From an uncultured Alphaproteobacteria bacterium (GTDB lineage Bacteria; Pseudomonadota; Alphaproteobacteria; Rhodobacterales; Rhodobacteraceae): a stretch of 64,000 nucleotides of DNA. The position numbers and the translations under genes were made by a program. A model generated the notes under the pieces. The model was given only the letters and a program-made list of their open reading frames with translations. It was not told the origin of the DNA and did not search any database. Below are positions 55,422 to 64,000 of the stretch, in pieces. The stretch lies in contig CAWGHN010000006.1 of NCBI GenBank assembly GCA_963822435.1, positions 30,307 through 94,306 on the forward strand, in the 5' to 3' direction. Position 1 is the stretch's first letter; each line of letters starts with the position of its first letter.

Positions 55422-56308
55422 CGGCGCGGTTGATCCTTGATGCGCAGGATATGGTGGGCGAAAGCCTGCTGTGGGATGATCGGCGGGGTCGGCTGGTCTG
55501 GATCGACATCATCGGCAAACGCGTCCATGCGTTGGACCCGGTGACGGGTGACCATCGCCTGTGGCCGCTGCCGTTCCGCCCCACGTCGATTTCGCTGCGC
55601 GAGGATGGCGACGCGATGCTGTGTTCCGAACGCCATATCTGCCACTGGGATTGGCAGGGCGACCCGGTGCCGCTGATCGAGGTGGAGCCGGACCTGCCGA
55701 TGAACCGGTTGAACGAAGGCGCGGTCGGGCCGGACGGGGCGCTGTGGGTTGGCACGATGCACCAGAACATCGGCGAGGACGACAGCCCCAGGGACATTCC
55801 CGAGGCGACCGGGCGGATCTACCGCTACAGCGCCGATGGCCAGTTGCGCCAGATGACGGACGACCTTTACGGCATTGCCAACACCCTCGTCTGGCCGGAG
55901 CCGGACCGGCTGGTGGTGGGCGACACCGTGCAGAACACGCTGTACCAATACCGCATCCGCCCGGATCGTCTTGGCCCGCGCAGGGTCTTTGCGGCAGGGC
56001 TTGAACGGGGCCTCCCGGATGGATCGACCACCGATGCCGCGGGCAGGGTCTGGAACGCCCGCGTCGTTGGTGGATATGCGCTGGCCTGTCTGGAAAGCGA
56101 TGGCAGGCTTGTCGCCTATCACGATCTGCCCTGTTCATGGCCCACTAGCTGCGCCTTTGGCGGAGCAGGGTTGGACCGTTTGTTCGTCACCTCGGCACGC
56201 TTCACCATGAGTGCCGAGCATTTGCAGACTGCGCCGCAGGAAGGCGGGTTGTTTGACCTGCCGACAACCGCGTGCGGAAAGCCGCCCAACCGGTTTGGCC
56301 GGACATGA
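55418..56308 (+). CDS. SMP-30/gluconolactonase/LRE-family lactonase
   Basis: GTGA overlap with the preceding gene. GESLLWDDRRGRLVWIDI and NEGAVGPDGALWVGTM beta-propeller blocks. Confidence 0.85.
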   Translation: MTARLILDAQDMVGESLLWDDRRGRLVWIDIIGKRVHALDPVTGDHRLWPLPFRPTSISLREDGDAMLCSERHICHWDWQGDPVPLIEVEPDLPMNRLNEGAVGPDGALWVGTMHQNIGEDDSPRDIPEATGRIYRYSADGQLRQMTDDLYGIANTLVWPEPDRLVVGDTVQNTLYQYRIRPDRLGPRRVFAAGLERGLPDGSTTDAAGRVWNARVVGGYALACLESDGRLVAYHDLPCSWPTSCAFGGAGLDRLFVTSARFTMSAEHLQTAPQEGGLFDLPTTACGKPPNRFGRT

Positions 56309-56359
56309 GTCACCTTGCGAACGGTCGAAAATCCTCCATATAACATCCAAGTGGATGGT

Positions 56360-56791
56360 ATGGAGCGGATGATGCCCAAGCTTGCAGTCGTGCCGTTGGC
56401 CAAGGGGCCAGAGTCTGAAAAGCTGACGATCAACCTTGGGTTCGTCGACCTTGGGCAGATCGAACTGCTGGTGCAGGAAGGCTTTTACGCCAACCGCAGC
56501 GATTTCATCCGCACCGCGATCCGCAACCAGATCGACCGTCATGCCGAAGTTGTCCGTCAGGTTGTGATCCGCAAAAGCGTTGACCTTGGCATCCGGCATA
56601 TCACCAAGGCCGACCTGACAGCCGCCGAGGCGGCGGGTGAGATGCTGGATATCCGCGTGCTTGGCCTTGCGACCATCGCCGAGGATGTGACCCCCGACCT
56701 TGCCCGTCGCAGCATCGGATCGCTTTCCGTGCTTGGGGCGTTGCAGGCAAGCAACAATGTCAAGGCCGCGCTTGCGGACCGAATGAATTAA
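56360..56791 (+). CDS. Ribbon-helix-helix (CopG-like) DNA-binding protein with extended C-terminal domain
   Basis: KLTINLGFVDLGQIELLVQEGFYANRSDFIRTAIRNQI is RHH-like. Start is ambiguous among ATG 56360, 56369 and 56372. Confidence 0.65.
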   Translation: MERMMPKLAVVPLAKGPESEKLTINLGFVDLGQIELLVQEGFYANRSDFIRTAIRNQIDRHAEVVRQVVIRKSVDLGIRHITKADLTAAEAAGEMLDIRVLGLATIAEDVTPDLARRSIGSLSVLGALQASNNVKAALADRMN

Positions 56792-56806
56792 CGACCGAGG
56801 CAGGAC

Positions 56807-57934
56807 ATGACCAAGACTTTCAAGCGCGGCATCGCCCGTGCCACCGACCTTACCCGGGCGGGCAAACTTCACGAGGCGACCGAGATGATCCAGTCGCTGC
56901 TGGCGCGACGAAGCGACCTGCCGGACGACGCCGTCGCGGGGACCGCTACCCGCCTTGGCGACCGACAGCCGACCCCGGCGTCAAAACCCGATCGGCCCAC
57001 CACCCGCGCGGGCCTTGGCGAAACGCTGCGCAAGATCGCCTCGGGCGGAATGCCGGCGCGCGGGCCGTTGGCAGATGCCGGGCGGTTGCCTGCGGGCGCG
57101 CAGTTCCTGGCGCTGACCCATAGGTCGGCAAAGGGCAGCCTTGACTACCGGCTTTACATCCCGGCCCGCACGGCCACCGCGCCGATGCCGCTGATCGTCA
57201 TGCTGCACGGCTGCACCCAGACCCCCGAGGATTTCGCCGCAGGCACCGGCATGAATGCGCTGGCCGAGGAATACGGTTGCCTTGTCGCCTATCCCGCACA
57301 GCCGTCGGGCGCGAACGCGCAGAAATGCTGGAACTGGTTCCGCCCCGAAGACCAGATGCGCGGCACCGGCGAACCCGCCCGTTTCGCAGCCCTTGCGGAT
57401 GATATCCGCGCCAATCATGCCGTTGATCCGACGCGGATCTATATTGCCGGGCTGTCTGCCGGGGCTGCGACCGCCTTGCTGACGGCGGCGGCCTACCCTG
57501 AGATTTTCAGCGCGGTGGGCGTCCATTCCGGTCTGCCCGCAGGCAGCGCCCGCGACGTGGCGTCGGCGTTTTCCGCGATGCGCAGCGGCGGGCAAGGCAG
57601 GCCGCACAAGACCGCCCTTCCAACGATCGTGTTTCACGGCACGGCCGATGGCACGGTTCACCCCAGCAATGCCACCGCAGTCATCGCGCAAGCCATCGGC
57701 GCGATGCCATCGCTGGAAATCAGGGTCGAGACGGGGCGGTCGGACGGTGGCCGTGGGTTCAGCAAGACGGCCTATGTCACCCAAGGCGGCCACCCGATGG
57801 CCGAATTGTGGGAAATCGACGCCGCAGGCCATGCCTGGGCCGGCGGCGCACCGGGGGCCAGCTATACCGACCCGAAAGGCCCGGACGCCTCGCGCCACAT
57901 GCTGCGCTTCTTTCTGGCGCAGGGTGCGGCCTGA
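56807..57934 (+). CDS. PHB-depolymerase-family esterase (LpqC-like)
   Basis: PLIVMLHGCTQT, KCWNWF and the nucleophile elbow GLSAGAA. Confidence 0.8.
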   Translation: MTKTFKRGIARATDLTRAGKLHEATEMIQSLLARRSDLPDDAVAGTATRLGDRQPTPASKPDRPTTRAGLGETLRKIASGGMPARGPLADAGRLPAGAQFLALTHRSAKGSLDYRLYIPARTATAPMPLIVMLHGCTQTPEDFAAGTGMNALAEEYGCLVAYPAQPSGANAQKCWNWFRPEDQMRGTGEPARFAALADDIRANHAVDPTRIYIAGLSAGAATALLTAAAYPEIFSAVGVHSGLPAGSARDVASAFSAMRSGGQGRPHKTALPTIVFHGTADGTVHPSNATAVIAQAIGAMPSLEIRVETGRSDGGRGFSKTAYVTQGGHPMAELWEIDAAGHAWAGGAPGASYTDPKGPDASRHMLRFFLAQGAA

Positions 57935-59110
57935 CTACGGCTGCGGTTGCACCCGAACGCCGCCGCTGACGGCATCGCTTGGGTGCAACACCACCAGATC
58001 GCCCGGCTCGAGCCCCTGCAAGACCTGCGCAAAGCTGTGGTTGCGTTCGCCGATCACGATGCGGGTCAGCACTGCCCGACCATCCTGCACCACAAAGGCG
58101 GCCCAGTCCGACCCGTCACGGAAGAGCGCCCCGACCGGGATTGTCAGCACATCCTTGCCCTCCCAGATGCGCAGCCCGGCCAGCACCCGAAAGCCGTGCC
58201 CAAGCGCCTTCCAGGTTTCGGGATCGCCGCTGAGCGACAGGATCACCTCGACCCGCTGTTCCTCGATGCCAAGCGCGGAAACCTTGGTCACCGCAGCCGG
58301 CTCGATGCGGTCGACCCGGGCTTCAAGGTCCGGCCCGCCCCAGCCGTAGACCCGCGCCACTGCCCCCACTGTTGCGCGAACCGCATCACGCGACAAAAGC
58401 TCCACCGCAATCTCAAGGGCAGCCGGATTGCCGATCTGAAGGATAGGGGTGCCAGCCTGCACCACCTGTTCGTCCTCGGTTGCCACGCGCAGGATGCGCC
58501 CGGCGACAGGCGTGACGATCTCGATGCAGCAGACATCGTTGCCATCGCCGGCCGCCAGCACGGCGCGTGCGCTGTCACGCTCGCGCTCGCGCACGGCCAG
58601 GTTGGCCTTGGCGCTGGCAACCGCGGCCTCGGCGGTGCGCTGGGCCAGAACGGCATTGTCCAGCACCTGTTTCGACAGGGTCGCGCGGTCGAACAGGGTC
58701 CGCGCACGGTCGGCCTCGCGTGTTGCATACTCCAGCGTGGTGTCGGCCTGCGCCAGTTGCGCGCGGGCCAGATCGACGGCGGCGATGGCGGCGGCTTCGG
58801 CCGCTTCGGCCACCGCGCGCGACCGGCTGTCCAGCAACGCCGGGGCCGCCGGACCGATCCGCGCCACCACGTCGCCCGCCCGCACAGCATCGCCAGGATG
58901 CAGGGCAATCCGCTGCAACTTGCCAGCGATCGGTGCCGAAACGGTAAACACCTCGCGGATCTGCGCCTCGCCCTCGGCCTCGATCTCGACACTGAGGTCG
59001 CGGCGCGCAACGGCGGCGGTTTCGACCGAAATGGCCTCGGGCAGGAAGGCCCAGACCAGAAGCGCCAGCACCCCCGCGCCCACAATGATGACAGGCAGAT
59101 AGCGTCGCAT
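57935..59110 (-). CDS. Efflux periplasmic adaptor (HlyD/MacA family)
   Basis: N-terminal TM anchor, long Ala-rich coiled-coil region and C-terminal barrel-like region. Upstream genes are an ABC pair. Confidence 0.85.
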   Translation of the reverse strand: MRRYLPVIIVGAGVLALLVWAFLPEAISVETAAVARRDLSVEIEAEGEAQIREVFTVSAPIAGKLQRIALHPGDAVRAGDVVARIGPAAPALLDSRSRAVAEAAEAAAIAAVDLARAQLAQADTTLEYATREADRARTLFDRATLSKQVLDNAVLAQRTAEAAVASAKANLAVRERERDSARAVLAAGDGNDVCCIEIVTPVAGRILRVATEDEQVVQAGTPILQIGNPAALEIAVELLSRDAVRATVGAVARVYGWGGPDLEARVDRIEPAAVTKVSALGIEEQRVEVILSLSGDPETWKALGHGFRVLAGLRIWEGKDVLTIPVGALFRDGSDWAAFVVQDGRAVLTRIVIGERNHSFAQVLQGLEPGDLVVLHPSDAVSGGVRVQPQP

Positions 59111-59113
59111 GGC

Positions 59114-61480
59114 TTACTCCCGCGTTTTCAGAACGGCGATCATGTCAAGGCGGTTGATCCGGCCGCGCACCGCGATGGCCGACAAAAGCGCCGCCGCGAT
59201 GACGATCAGGCTGGCAGTGGCGTAGACGTCGCGCCCCATCACGAACGGCACCCGGTAAAGGTCGGACGAAAACGCCGCGACCATCGCCAGACCGATGCCA
59301 TGCCCGATCAGCCAGCCCAAGGGCTGCGCCACCAGCACGACCACGGCCAGTTCTCCGAGGATCACGCCCGAAACTTCGCCTTGTGTAAAGCCAAGCACCC
59401 TGAGGCTGGCAAGCTCGCGCCCCTGTTCCGACAGCGCGATGCGCGAGAAATTGTAGACCACGCCCACCGCGATGATCCCGGCCAATGTGACGTAAACGGC
59501 AATCATCACCGTAATGTTTTCGGCAAGGGTCTGACGAAAGCGCGACACGGTCAGGTCAGTCACGTTCATGAAGCCGGTCTTCGGTGCCTGCCGTGCGGCG
59601 GCAAAGAATGCATCCTGCCCGGCCGGATCAAGGCTGACGTTGACGCCCGATATCACCGTGCCTTCCCCCATTACCCGGTTCAGTGCGCCGATTTCCATCG
59701 CCGCGCCAAGCCCGACATAGCCGACCGAAATCCCGCTGACCGGCAGCTGCGACAGGCTGCGCCGGCCCTCCAGGAACTCCACCGTCACCAGATCGCCGCG
59801 CGCCACGTCCAACGCCTCGGCCAATGCTTGGCTGAGGATCAGTCCGGCGCCGGGCATTGCCATTGGCACAAGGTCAGGCGACAACGCGCGCGACAGCCGC
59901 GCATTCGCAGGCCGACCCTCGATAGCCAGCCGCTTTGACCGCGCGCCGTGCGACAGCCGCGCGCCCACAACGCGGAACGGCTCGGCCGCCATCACACCCG
60001 GCATCCGGCGCACGTCCTGTATCGCCGAAGCTGGTTCCGCCCCGACAAAAGCAATCCGCACGTCCTGCCGCTCTGCCCGGGAAAAGGTGATGTCGATCAT
60101 GTGGTCGATCGACCCGAACGACCACAGCGATGCCACCAGGATCGCCACCGCCATCGCCACCCCCATGATGCTGGACAGGCTGCGCATCGGCCAGCGCATC
60201 AGGTGCCGCGCTATCATCCGTCCCGTCTGGCGCAGCGGCATCAGCCGCGCGGCCCACCCGGTGCGGCGGCGGAAATCGGCGGGAGCAGGGGGCGCCATCG
60301 CCACCGCCGGGGCCAGTTTCAGCACTGCCCGCACTGTTTGCAGCGCCCCGCCGGTCGCGGCTGCCACGGTGATCACGGCGGCCAGAACATAGATCTGTGG
60401 ATCGCGGGTAAAGACAAGAAACGGGAACGAAAAGAACCGCGCGTAAAGCTGCGCCATGCCGGCCCCCAGCCACGCGCCCGCGACAAAACCGATCAGGCAG
60501 CCGATCACCGCAATGCAAAGCACAAACTCAAGGTAATGCCCCGCGATGCTGCCGGGCCTGTAGCCTAGCGCCTTCAAAAGCCCGATCTGCTCGCGTTCCA
60601 GCGCCACGAGGCGTGACAGCGTCATGTGCACCAGCATCGCCGCGACCAGAAGAAAGATCGGCGGCAGCACTTTGACCATCGCGCCAAGTTGCTTCAATTC
60701 GGCATCCAGAAACGCGTGTGAGGTCTGCTCGCTCCGCCCGGTCGCACCGAGGCCGCCATAAGGCGCGGTCAGCCGGTCCAGGGTCTCGATCACCCGCGCT
60801 TCGGAGGCGCCGGGGGCCAGCCGCAGCACAAGGTTGGAAAATGCGCCGTCCAGATCATAGGCCGCCTCCAGCGTGGCGCGCGGCAGCCACGCGATGCCAA
60901 AGCGGCGGGGGTCGGGCATCATCTCGCCCGGTCCCAGTGCGTAGATGAATTCGGGCGACAGCGCGATCCCGGTCACCACAAGGTCGCGCCGTTTGCCATT
61001 CATCACCACCGGCACCGTCGTTCCCGGCTGCAACCGGTGCGCGGCGGCAAACCCTTCGGAGACGACGATCTCGTCCGAGGCCAGCGGTTCGGGCAGGCGC
61101 CCCTGACGCAGGTGCAGCCGGTTCAAACCGGCGTCAGGGTTCACCGGCAGCGACACCAGCAGGAGCGACGCGGGTTCCACCATATCGGGAAACTCGGGCC
61201 TGCCCAGCTTGACGATCCGCGCCTCGGCCTGCAGCACGCCGTCGATGGCCGCCACATCGCCCAAAAGCGCCAGTGGCGCCCGCGTGAGGTCAGCGAAAAC
61301 ATCGGCAAATCGGTAATCCGCGTAATACCGCGCCCGCGTTTCGGACAGCGAGGCATAAGCGCCGTTGCCAAGGATCATCGTTGCGACCCCCGCTGCCAGC
61401 ACCAGCGCAATCGCCAGCACCTGCGGCCAAAGCCGGCCAAGGTCGCGCAGCACCTTGCGGCGCAGGGGGGCGATCACCAT
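59114..61480 (-). CDS. ABC transporter permease with two FtsX-like domains
   Basis: 788 aa. N-terminus [24 protein letters not shown]. Two FtsX-type 4-TM modules separated by large periplasmic regions. Confidence 0.85.
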   Translation of the reverse strand: MVIAPLRRKVLRDLGRLWPQVLAIALVLAAGVATMILGNGAYASLSETRARYYADYRFADVFADLTRAPLALLGDVAAIDGVLQAEARIVKLGRPEFPDMVEPASLLLVSLPVNPDAGLNRLHLRQGRLPEPLASDEIVVSEGFAAAHRLQPGTTVPVVMNGKRRDLVVTGIALSPEFIYALGPGEMMPDPRRFGIAWLPRATLEAAYDLDGAFSNLVLRLAPGASEARVIETLDRLTAPYGGLGATGRSEQTSHAFLDAELKQLGAMVKVLPPIFLLVAAMLVHMTLSRLVALEREQIGLLKALGYRPGSIAGHYLEFVLCIAVIGCLIGFVAGAWLGAGMAQLYARFFSFPFLVFTRDPQIYVLAAVITVAAATGGALQTVRAVLKLAPAVAMAPPAPADFRRRTGWAARLMPLRQTGRMIARHLMRWPMRSLSSIMGVAMAVAILVASLWSFGSIDHMIDITFSRAERQDVRIAFVGAEPASAIQDVRRMPGVMAAEPFRVVGARLSHGARSKRLAIEGRPANARLSRALSPDLVPMAMPGAGLILSQALAEALDVARGDLVTVEFLEGRRSLSQLPVSGISVGYVGLGAAMEIGALNRVMGEGTVISGVNVSLDPAGQDAFFAAARQAPKTGFMNVTDLTVSRFRQTLAENITVMIAVYVTLAGIIAVGVVYNFSRIALSEQGRELASLRVLGFTQGEVSGVILGELAVVVLVAQPLGWLIGHGIGLAMVAAFSSDLYRVPFVMGRDVYATASLIVIAAALLSAIAVRGRINRLDMIAVLKTRE

Positions 61481-62190
61481 GACACCTGATCCGGGCGCTT
61501 GCGGGTGGTGTTTACCGTGGTCTCGACGATCCTCCCGTCGGCAAAGCGCAAGGTGCGGTCGGCGATTTCGCGGATAGCGGCGTTGTGGGTGATGACCAGA
61601 GTGGTCGCCCCCACGGCCCGGTTCACCTCGGTCAGCGCTTCCAGCACGCGCACGCCGGTGGCGCTGTCCAGCGCCCCGGTCGGCTCGTCACAGAACAACA
61701 GCTCAGGCCGTTTTGCTATGGCGCGGGCAATCGCCACGCGCTGCTGTTCGCCGCCCGAAAGCTGCGCGGGAAAGTGGTTCTGTCGCGCCGACAGCCCCAC
61801 CAGATCCAGCGCGTCAGCCGGGGTCATCGGATTGCGCGAAATTTCCGTCACCAGCGCCACGTTTTCCAGCGCGGTCAGGCTGGGGACCAGATTGTAGAAC
61901 TGGAACACGAAGCCCACATGATCGCGCCGGTACTGGGTCAACCCACGCTCGTCCAGCTTGGTCAGTTCGTGGTCGCGAAACTGCACCCGTCCGGCCGAGG
62001 CCGAATCCAGGCCCCCAAGGATGTTCAGGAACGTCGACTTGCCCGAACCAGACGGCCCAAGGATCACCACGAATTCGCCCCGCACTGCAGCGAAATCCAC
62101 GCCGCGCAAGGCGTGAACCTCTACCGGCCCGTTGCGGTAGACCTTGGTCAAGCCGCTGGCGCGGATGACGATGTCTGGGTCGTCGGGCAT
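61474..62190 (-). CDS. ABC transporter ATP-binding protein (MacB/LolD type)
   Basis: Walker [10 protein letters not shown], signature [14 protein letters not shown]. Confidence 0.9.
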   Translation of the reverse strand: MPDDPDIVIRASGLTKVYRNGPVEVHALRGVDFAAVRGEFVVILGPSGSGKSTFLNILGGLDSASAGRVQFRDHELTKLDERGLTQYRRDHVGFVFQFYNLVPSLTALENVALVTEISRNPMTPADALDLVGLSARQNHFPAQLSGGEQQRVAIARAIAKRPELLFCDEPTGALDSATGVRVLEALTEVNRAVGATTLVITHNAAIREIADRTLRFADGRIVETTVNTTRKRPDQVSW

Positions 62191-62260
62191 CGGGGCTTTC
62201 CGTCAGGACGCGTCATGCTACCCGATCCGCCGCGCCCGACCTTGACGCAGGTCAAGCCTG

Positions 62261-63100
62261 TCAGGCCCGCCCGCTGGCCCCAAGCCCGCGTATCACCGCC
62301 CGTGCCGCCGCCATCACCGGCGCTTCGGTTTCGCGCAGGATGGCGATGCGGTCGAACCGCGCCGGATCGTGCGCCACCGCCGCGCGCAGCGCCGCGCCAA
62401 AGGCCATCCGCAATTCGGTGCCGATGTTGAATTTGGCGATCCGGCTGGTCGCGGCCAGCGCCGCTCTTTCGGCCAAAGGCACGCCCGACCCACCGTGGAT
62501 GACCAGCGCCACGTCGGTTGCCGCCTCGATCGCCCTGAGACGCGCGATGTCCAGCCCGCCGCCCGGCCCGGTCTGCAGATGCAGGTTGCCGATGGAAATC
62601 GCCATCGCATCGACGCCCGTCTCGCGCCCAAAGCGCGCCGCTTCTTCGGGGTCTGTCCCCGCCGAACGCTCGCCGCCCGCATAGCCGACAAACCCGATCT
62701 CGCCTTCGCAGGATGCGCCCGCCGCATGGGCAAGCCGCGCCACGGCCGCCGTCGCCGCGATGTTTTCCTCCAACGGCAGGCGCGAGCCGTCGAACATCAG
62801 CGAGGTGAACCCTGCGTCCAGTGCGGCGCGACATTCGTCCAGCGACGTGCCGTGGTCCAGATGTGCCACGACCGGCACCGAGGCGCTGGCGGCCAGATGC
62901 CGGAACATCGCGCCCAGCACGGGCAGGGGCGTATGCGCCCGACACCCCGGCCCGGCTTGCAGGATCACCGGCGCGCGCTCGGCCTCTGCCGCGGCCACAT
63001 AGGCGCGCATGTCCTCCCAGCCAAGGCACACCAGCCCCGGCACCGCATAGCCCCCGGCCAAGGCAGGCCGCAGCACATCGGCAAGGGTGGCCAGCGTCAT
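62261..63100 (-). CDS. Class II fructose/tagatose-bisphosphate aldolase family (IolJ-like)
   Basis: VVAHLDHG and LVIHGGSG motifs. ATGA overlap with iolB. Confidence 0.85.
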   Translation of the reverse strand: MTLATLADVLRPALAGGYAVPGLVCLGWEDMRAYVAAAEAERAPVILQAGPGCRAHTPLPVLGAMFRHLAASASVPVVAHLDHGTSLDECRAALDAGFTSLMFDGSRLPLEENIAATAAVARLAHAAGASCEGEIGFVGYAGGERSAGTDPEEAARFGRETGVDAMAISIGNLHLQTGPGGGLDIARLRAIEAATDVALVIHGGSGVPLAERAALAATSRIAKFNIGTELRMAFGAALRAAVAHDPARFDRIAILRETEAPVMAAARAVIRGLGASGRA

Positions 63101-63936
63101 TTGAACTTGGCCACCATGTCCATGATTCCGGGAATGGTGTGAAGCTGCGCGGCGTGCGTCGGCTGGAAATGCTGCTTCAGGCTGCGCTGGCTAAGCCCGC
63201 CGAGGATGGTGAAGTAATACATCTCATACCCCGGCAGCACGCAGCAGGGGTGATAGCCGTTGTCGATCAGCACGGTGGAGCGGTTCATGATGTGATAGGC
63301 GTCGCCCGGTTCGTTATCCACCCGCTGCAACATCTGAAGTCCCGAGCCGTAGTCGGGCCGAAAGCGGAAGTTGTAGCATTCGTCATGCCGGGTTTCTTCG
63401 GGCAAACGGTCGGTGTCGTGCTTGTGGCTTGGAAACCCCGACCAGCCGCCTGCACCGACCGTAAAAAGCTCGGACACCAGCAGCCGCCCGACGCGGTCGT
63501 GGTAGGCGGCGCCAAGGATATGCTTGATCTTGCGGTGCGTCTTGGTGTCGTCCGACCCGTACTGCACGCGGTCGATATCCGCCGCCCGCACCGCGAACGG
63601 GCGCAGGGTTTCGGCAAATCTGGCGCCAGCGAGGAACACCTCGGTCTCGGTCAGCGCGGTGATCCGCGCACCGCTGCCCGATGGCACGTAAACCCCCTCC
63701 GGCTCGCCGTCCCAGACGTCCACGCCGCGGTTGCCGATGGCGGCGAAGGTCTCGCCCATTGTTTCCACAGTCACGGTGCCGGTCGCTGGCACCACGCAGG
63801 TTTCATACCCCGCCACGCGGTAATCAAAATGCTCGCCCGCGCGCAGCCGCACGATGTTGAAGTAAACCAAGGGCACATGCGCGTCGTCGACATCGACGAT
63901 GGGGCGGTTCTGGTTGTCGTGGGGGGCGATGTGCAT
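63097..63936 (-). CDS. iolB: 5-deoxy-glucuronate isomerase
   Basis: Start MHIAPHDNQNRPIV (ATG 63936, GAGAGGA SD). KduI/IolB-type double cupin. Adjacent to the class II aldolase. Confidence 0.75.
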   Translation of the reverse strand: MHIAPHDNQNRPIVDVDDAHVPLVYFNIVRLRAGEHFDYRVAGYETCVVPATGTVTVETMGETFAAIGNRGVDVWDGEPEGVYVPSGSGARITALTETEVFLAGARFAETLRPFAVRAADIDRVQYGSDDTKTHRKIKHILGAAYHDRVGRLLVSELFTVGAGGWSGFPSHKHDTDRLPEETRHDECYNFRFRPDYGSGLQMLQRVDNEPGDAYHIMNRSTVLIDNGYHPCCVLPGYEMYYFTILGGLSQRSLKQHFQPTHAAQLHTIPGIMDMVAKFK

Positions 63937-63946
63937 CTGCGTCCTC

Positions 63947-64000
63947 TCAGGCCGTGGGGCCGCTGTGATCGGCAAGGAAAGTGTCAAGTTCGGCAACCGT
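63947..64000 (-). CDS. 3' end of an unidentified minus-strand gene running off the window
   Basis: In-frame ..TVAELDTFLADHSGPTA-stop (TGA at 63947-63949). Too short to identify. Confidence 0.3.
   Translation of the reverse strand, partial: TVAELDTFLADHSGPTA

Noticed and set aside
56360-56791. RHH protein as the antitoxin of a toxin-antitoxin pair
   Set aside because: The protein is about twice the size of typical RHH antitoxins. The only adjacent gene is a 375-aa esterase, and no small toxin-like ORF overlaps or follows it.
57935-62190. ABC/HlyD genes as part of a bacteriocin or defence island
   Set aside because: No precursor peptide, immunity, modification, nuclease, helicase or methylase genes lie nearby. 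The flanks are ordinary metabolic genes (esterase, inositol catabolism).
62241-62256. Hairpin CTTGAC-GCAG-GTCAAG as a terminator for the aldolase gene
   Set aside because: The stem is only 6 bp, has no U-tract, and lies just upstream of the next gene's start. This is insufficient support for calling a terminator or a promoter.

Overview
Dense, high-GC alphaproteobacterial chromosomal segment. The Rhodobacterales-like assignment is an inference from gene content and sequence style only. It holds about 63 protein genes, many with overlapping start/stop codons. I found no rRNA, tRNA, CRISPR array, transposase, integrase or phage gene, and no convincing defence or toxin-antitoxin module. If there is a novel system here, it is metabolic or regulatory rather than mobile or immune.

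Content from left to right:
(1) 1-4.05 kb: stress-type genes. These are an HWE/HisKA_2 sensor kinase, a PLD-family protein, and convergent csbD and DUF421 genes that each sit behind an EcfG-type GGAAC..GTT promoter.
(2) 4.06-34.9 kb: a large aromatic-amine catabolic region.
- A Dpp-type ABC importer lies behind a CrtI-like flavoprotein.
- The divergent operon is cyclase-family hydrolase, second CrtI-like flavoprotein, MarR, iorA, iorB.
- Next come an LLM monooxygenase with a flavin reductase, a winged-helix regulator and a kynureninase-like PLP enzyme.
- A two-armed abm-type 2-aminobenzoyl-CoA cluster follows. It contains the fused monooxygenase/reductase, beta-oxidation enzymes, MarR, cupin, thioesterase, RidA, an aryl-CoA ligase, AKR and VOC.
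(3) 34.9-43.5 kb: zapE, a bacterial alternative oxidase, a TauE exporter, serB / serC-serA, a metallophosphatase and DUF2585.
(4) 43.5-56.3 kb: an 11-gene minus-strand sugar or sugar-acid operon. Its order is SDR, MR-family dehydratase, CUT1 ABC transporter, embedded GntR, mutarotase-like protein, SDR, APH-fold kinase and a divergent enolase paralog. A divergent fatty-acid-hydroxylase-family gene and an SMP-30 lactonase lie beside it.
(5) 56.3-64 kb: an RHH regulator with a PHB-depolymerase-family esterase, a MacAB-like efflux system, and an iolB plus class II aldolase pair.

Most interesting observations:
- The cyclase / twin flavoprotein / MarR / iorAB module is a possible non-canonical entry into 2-aminobenzoyl-CoA metabolism.
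- The kinase is translationally coupled to the enolase paralog.
- Candidate operators include an 18-bp perfect palindrome and a triple 11-nt direct repeat.
- A dispersed family of intergenic repeats occurs in several places. One pair is inverted and brackets an SD-preceded 19-codon ORF.

All functional calls come from reading the translated ORFs and remembered family motifs. No database search was run.
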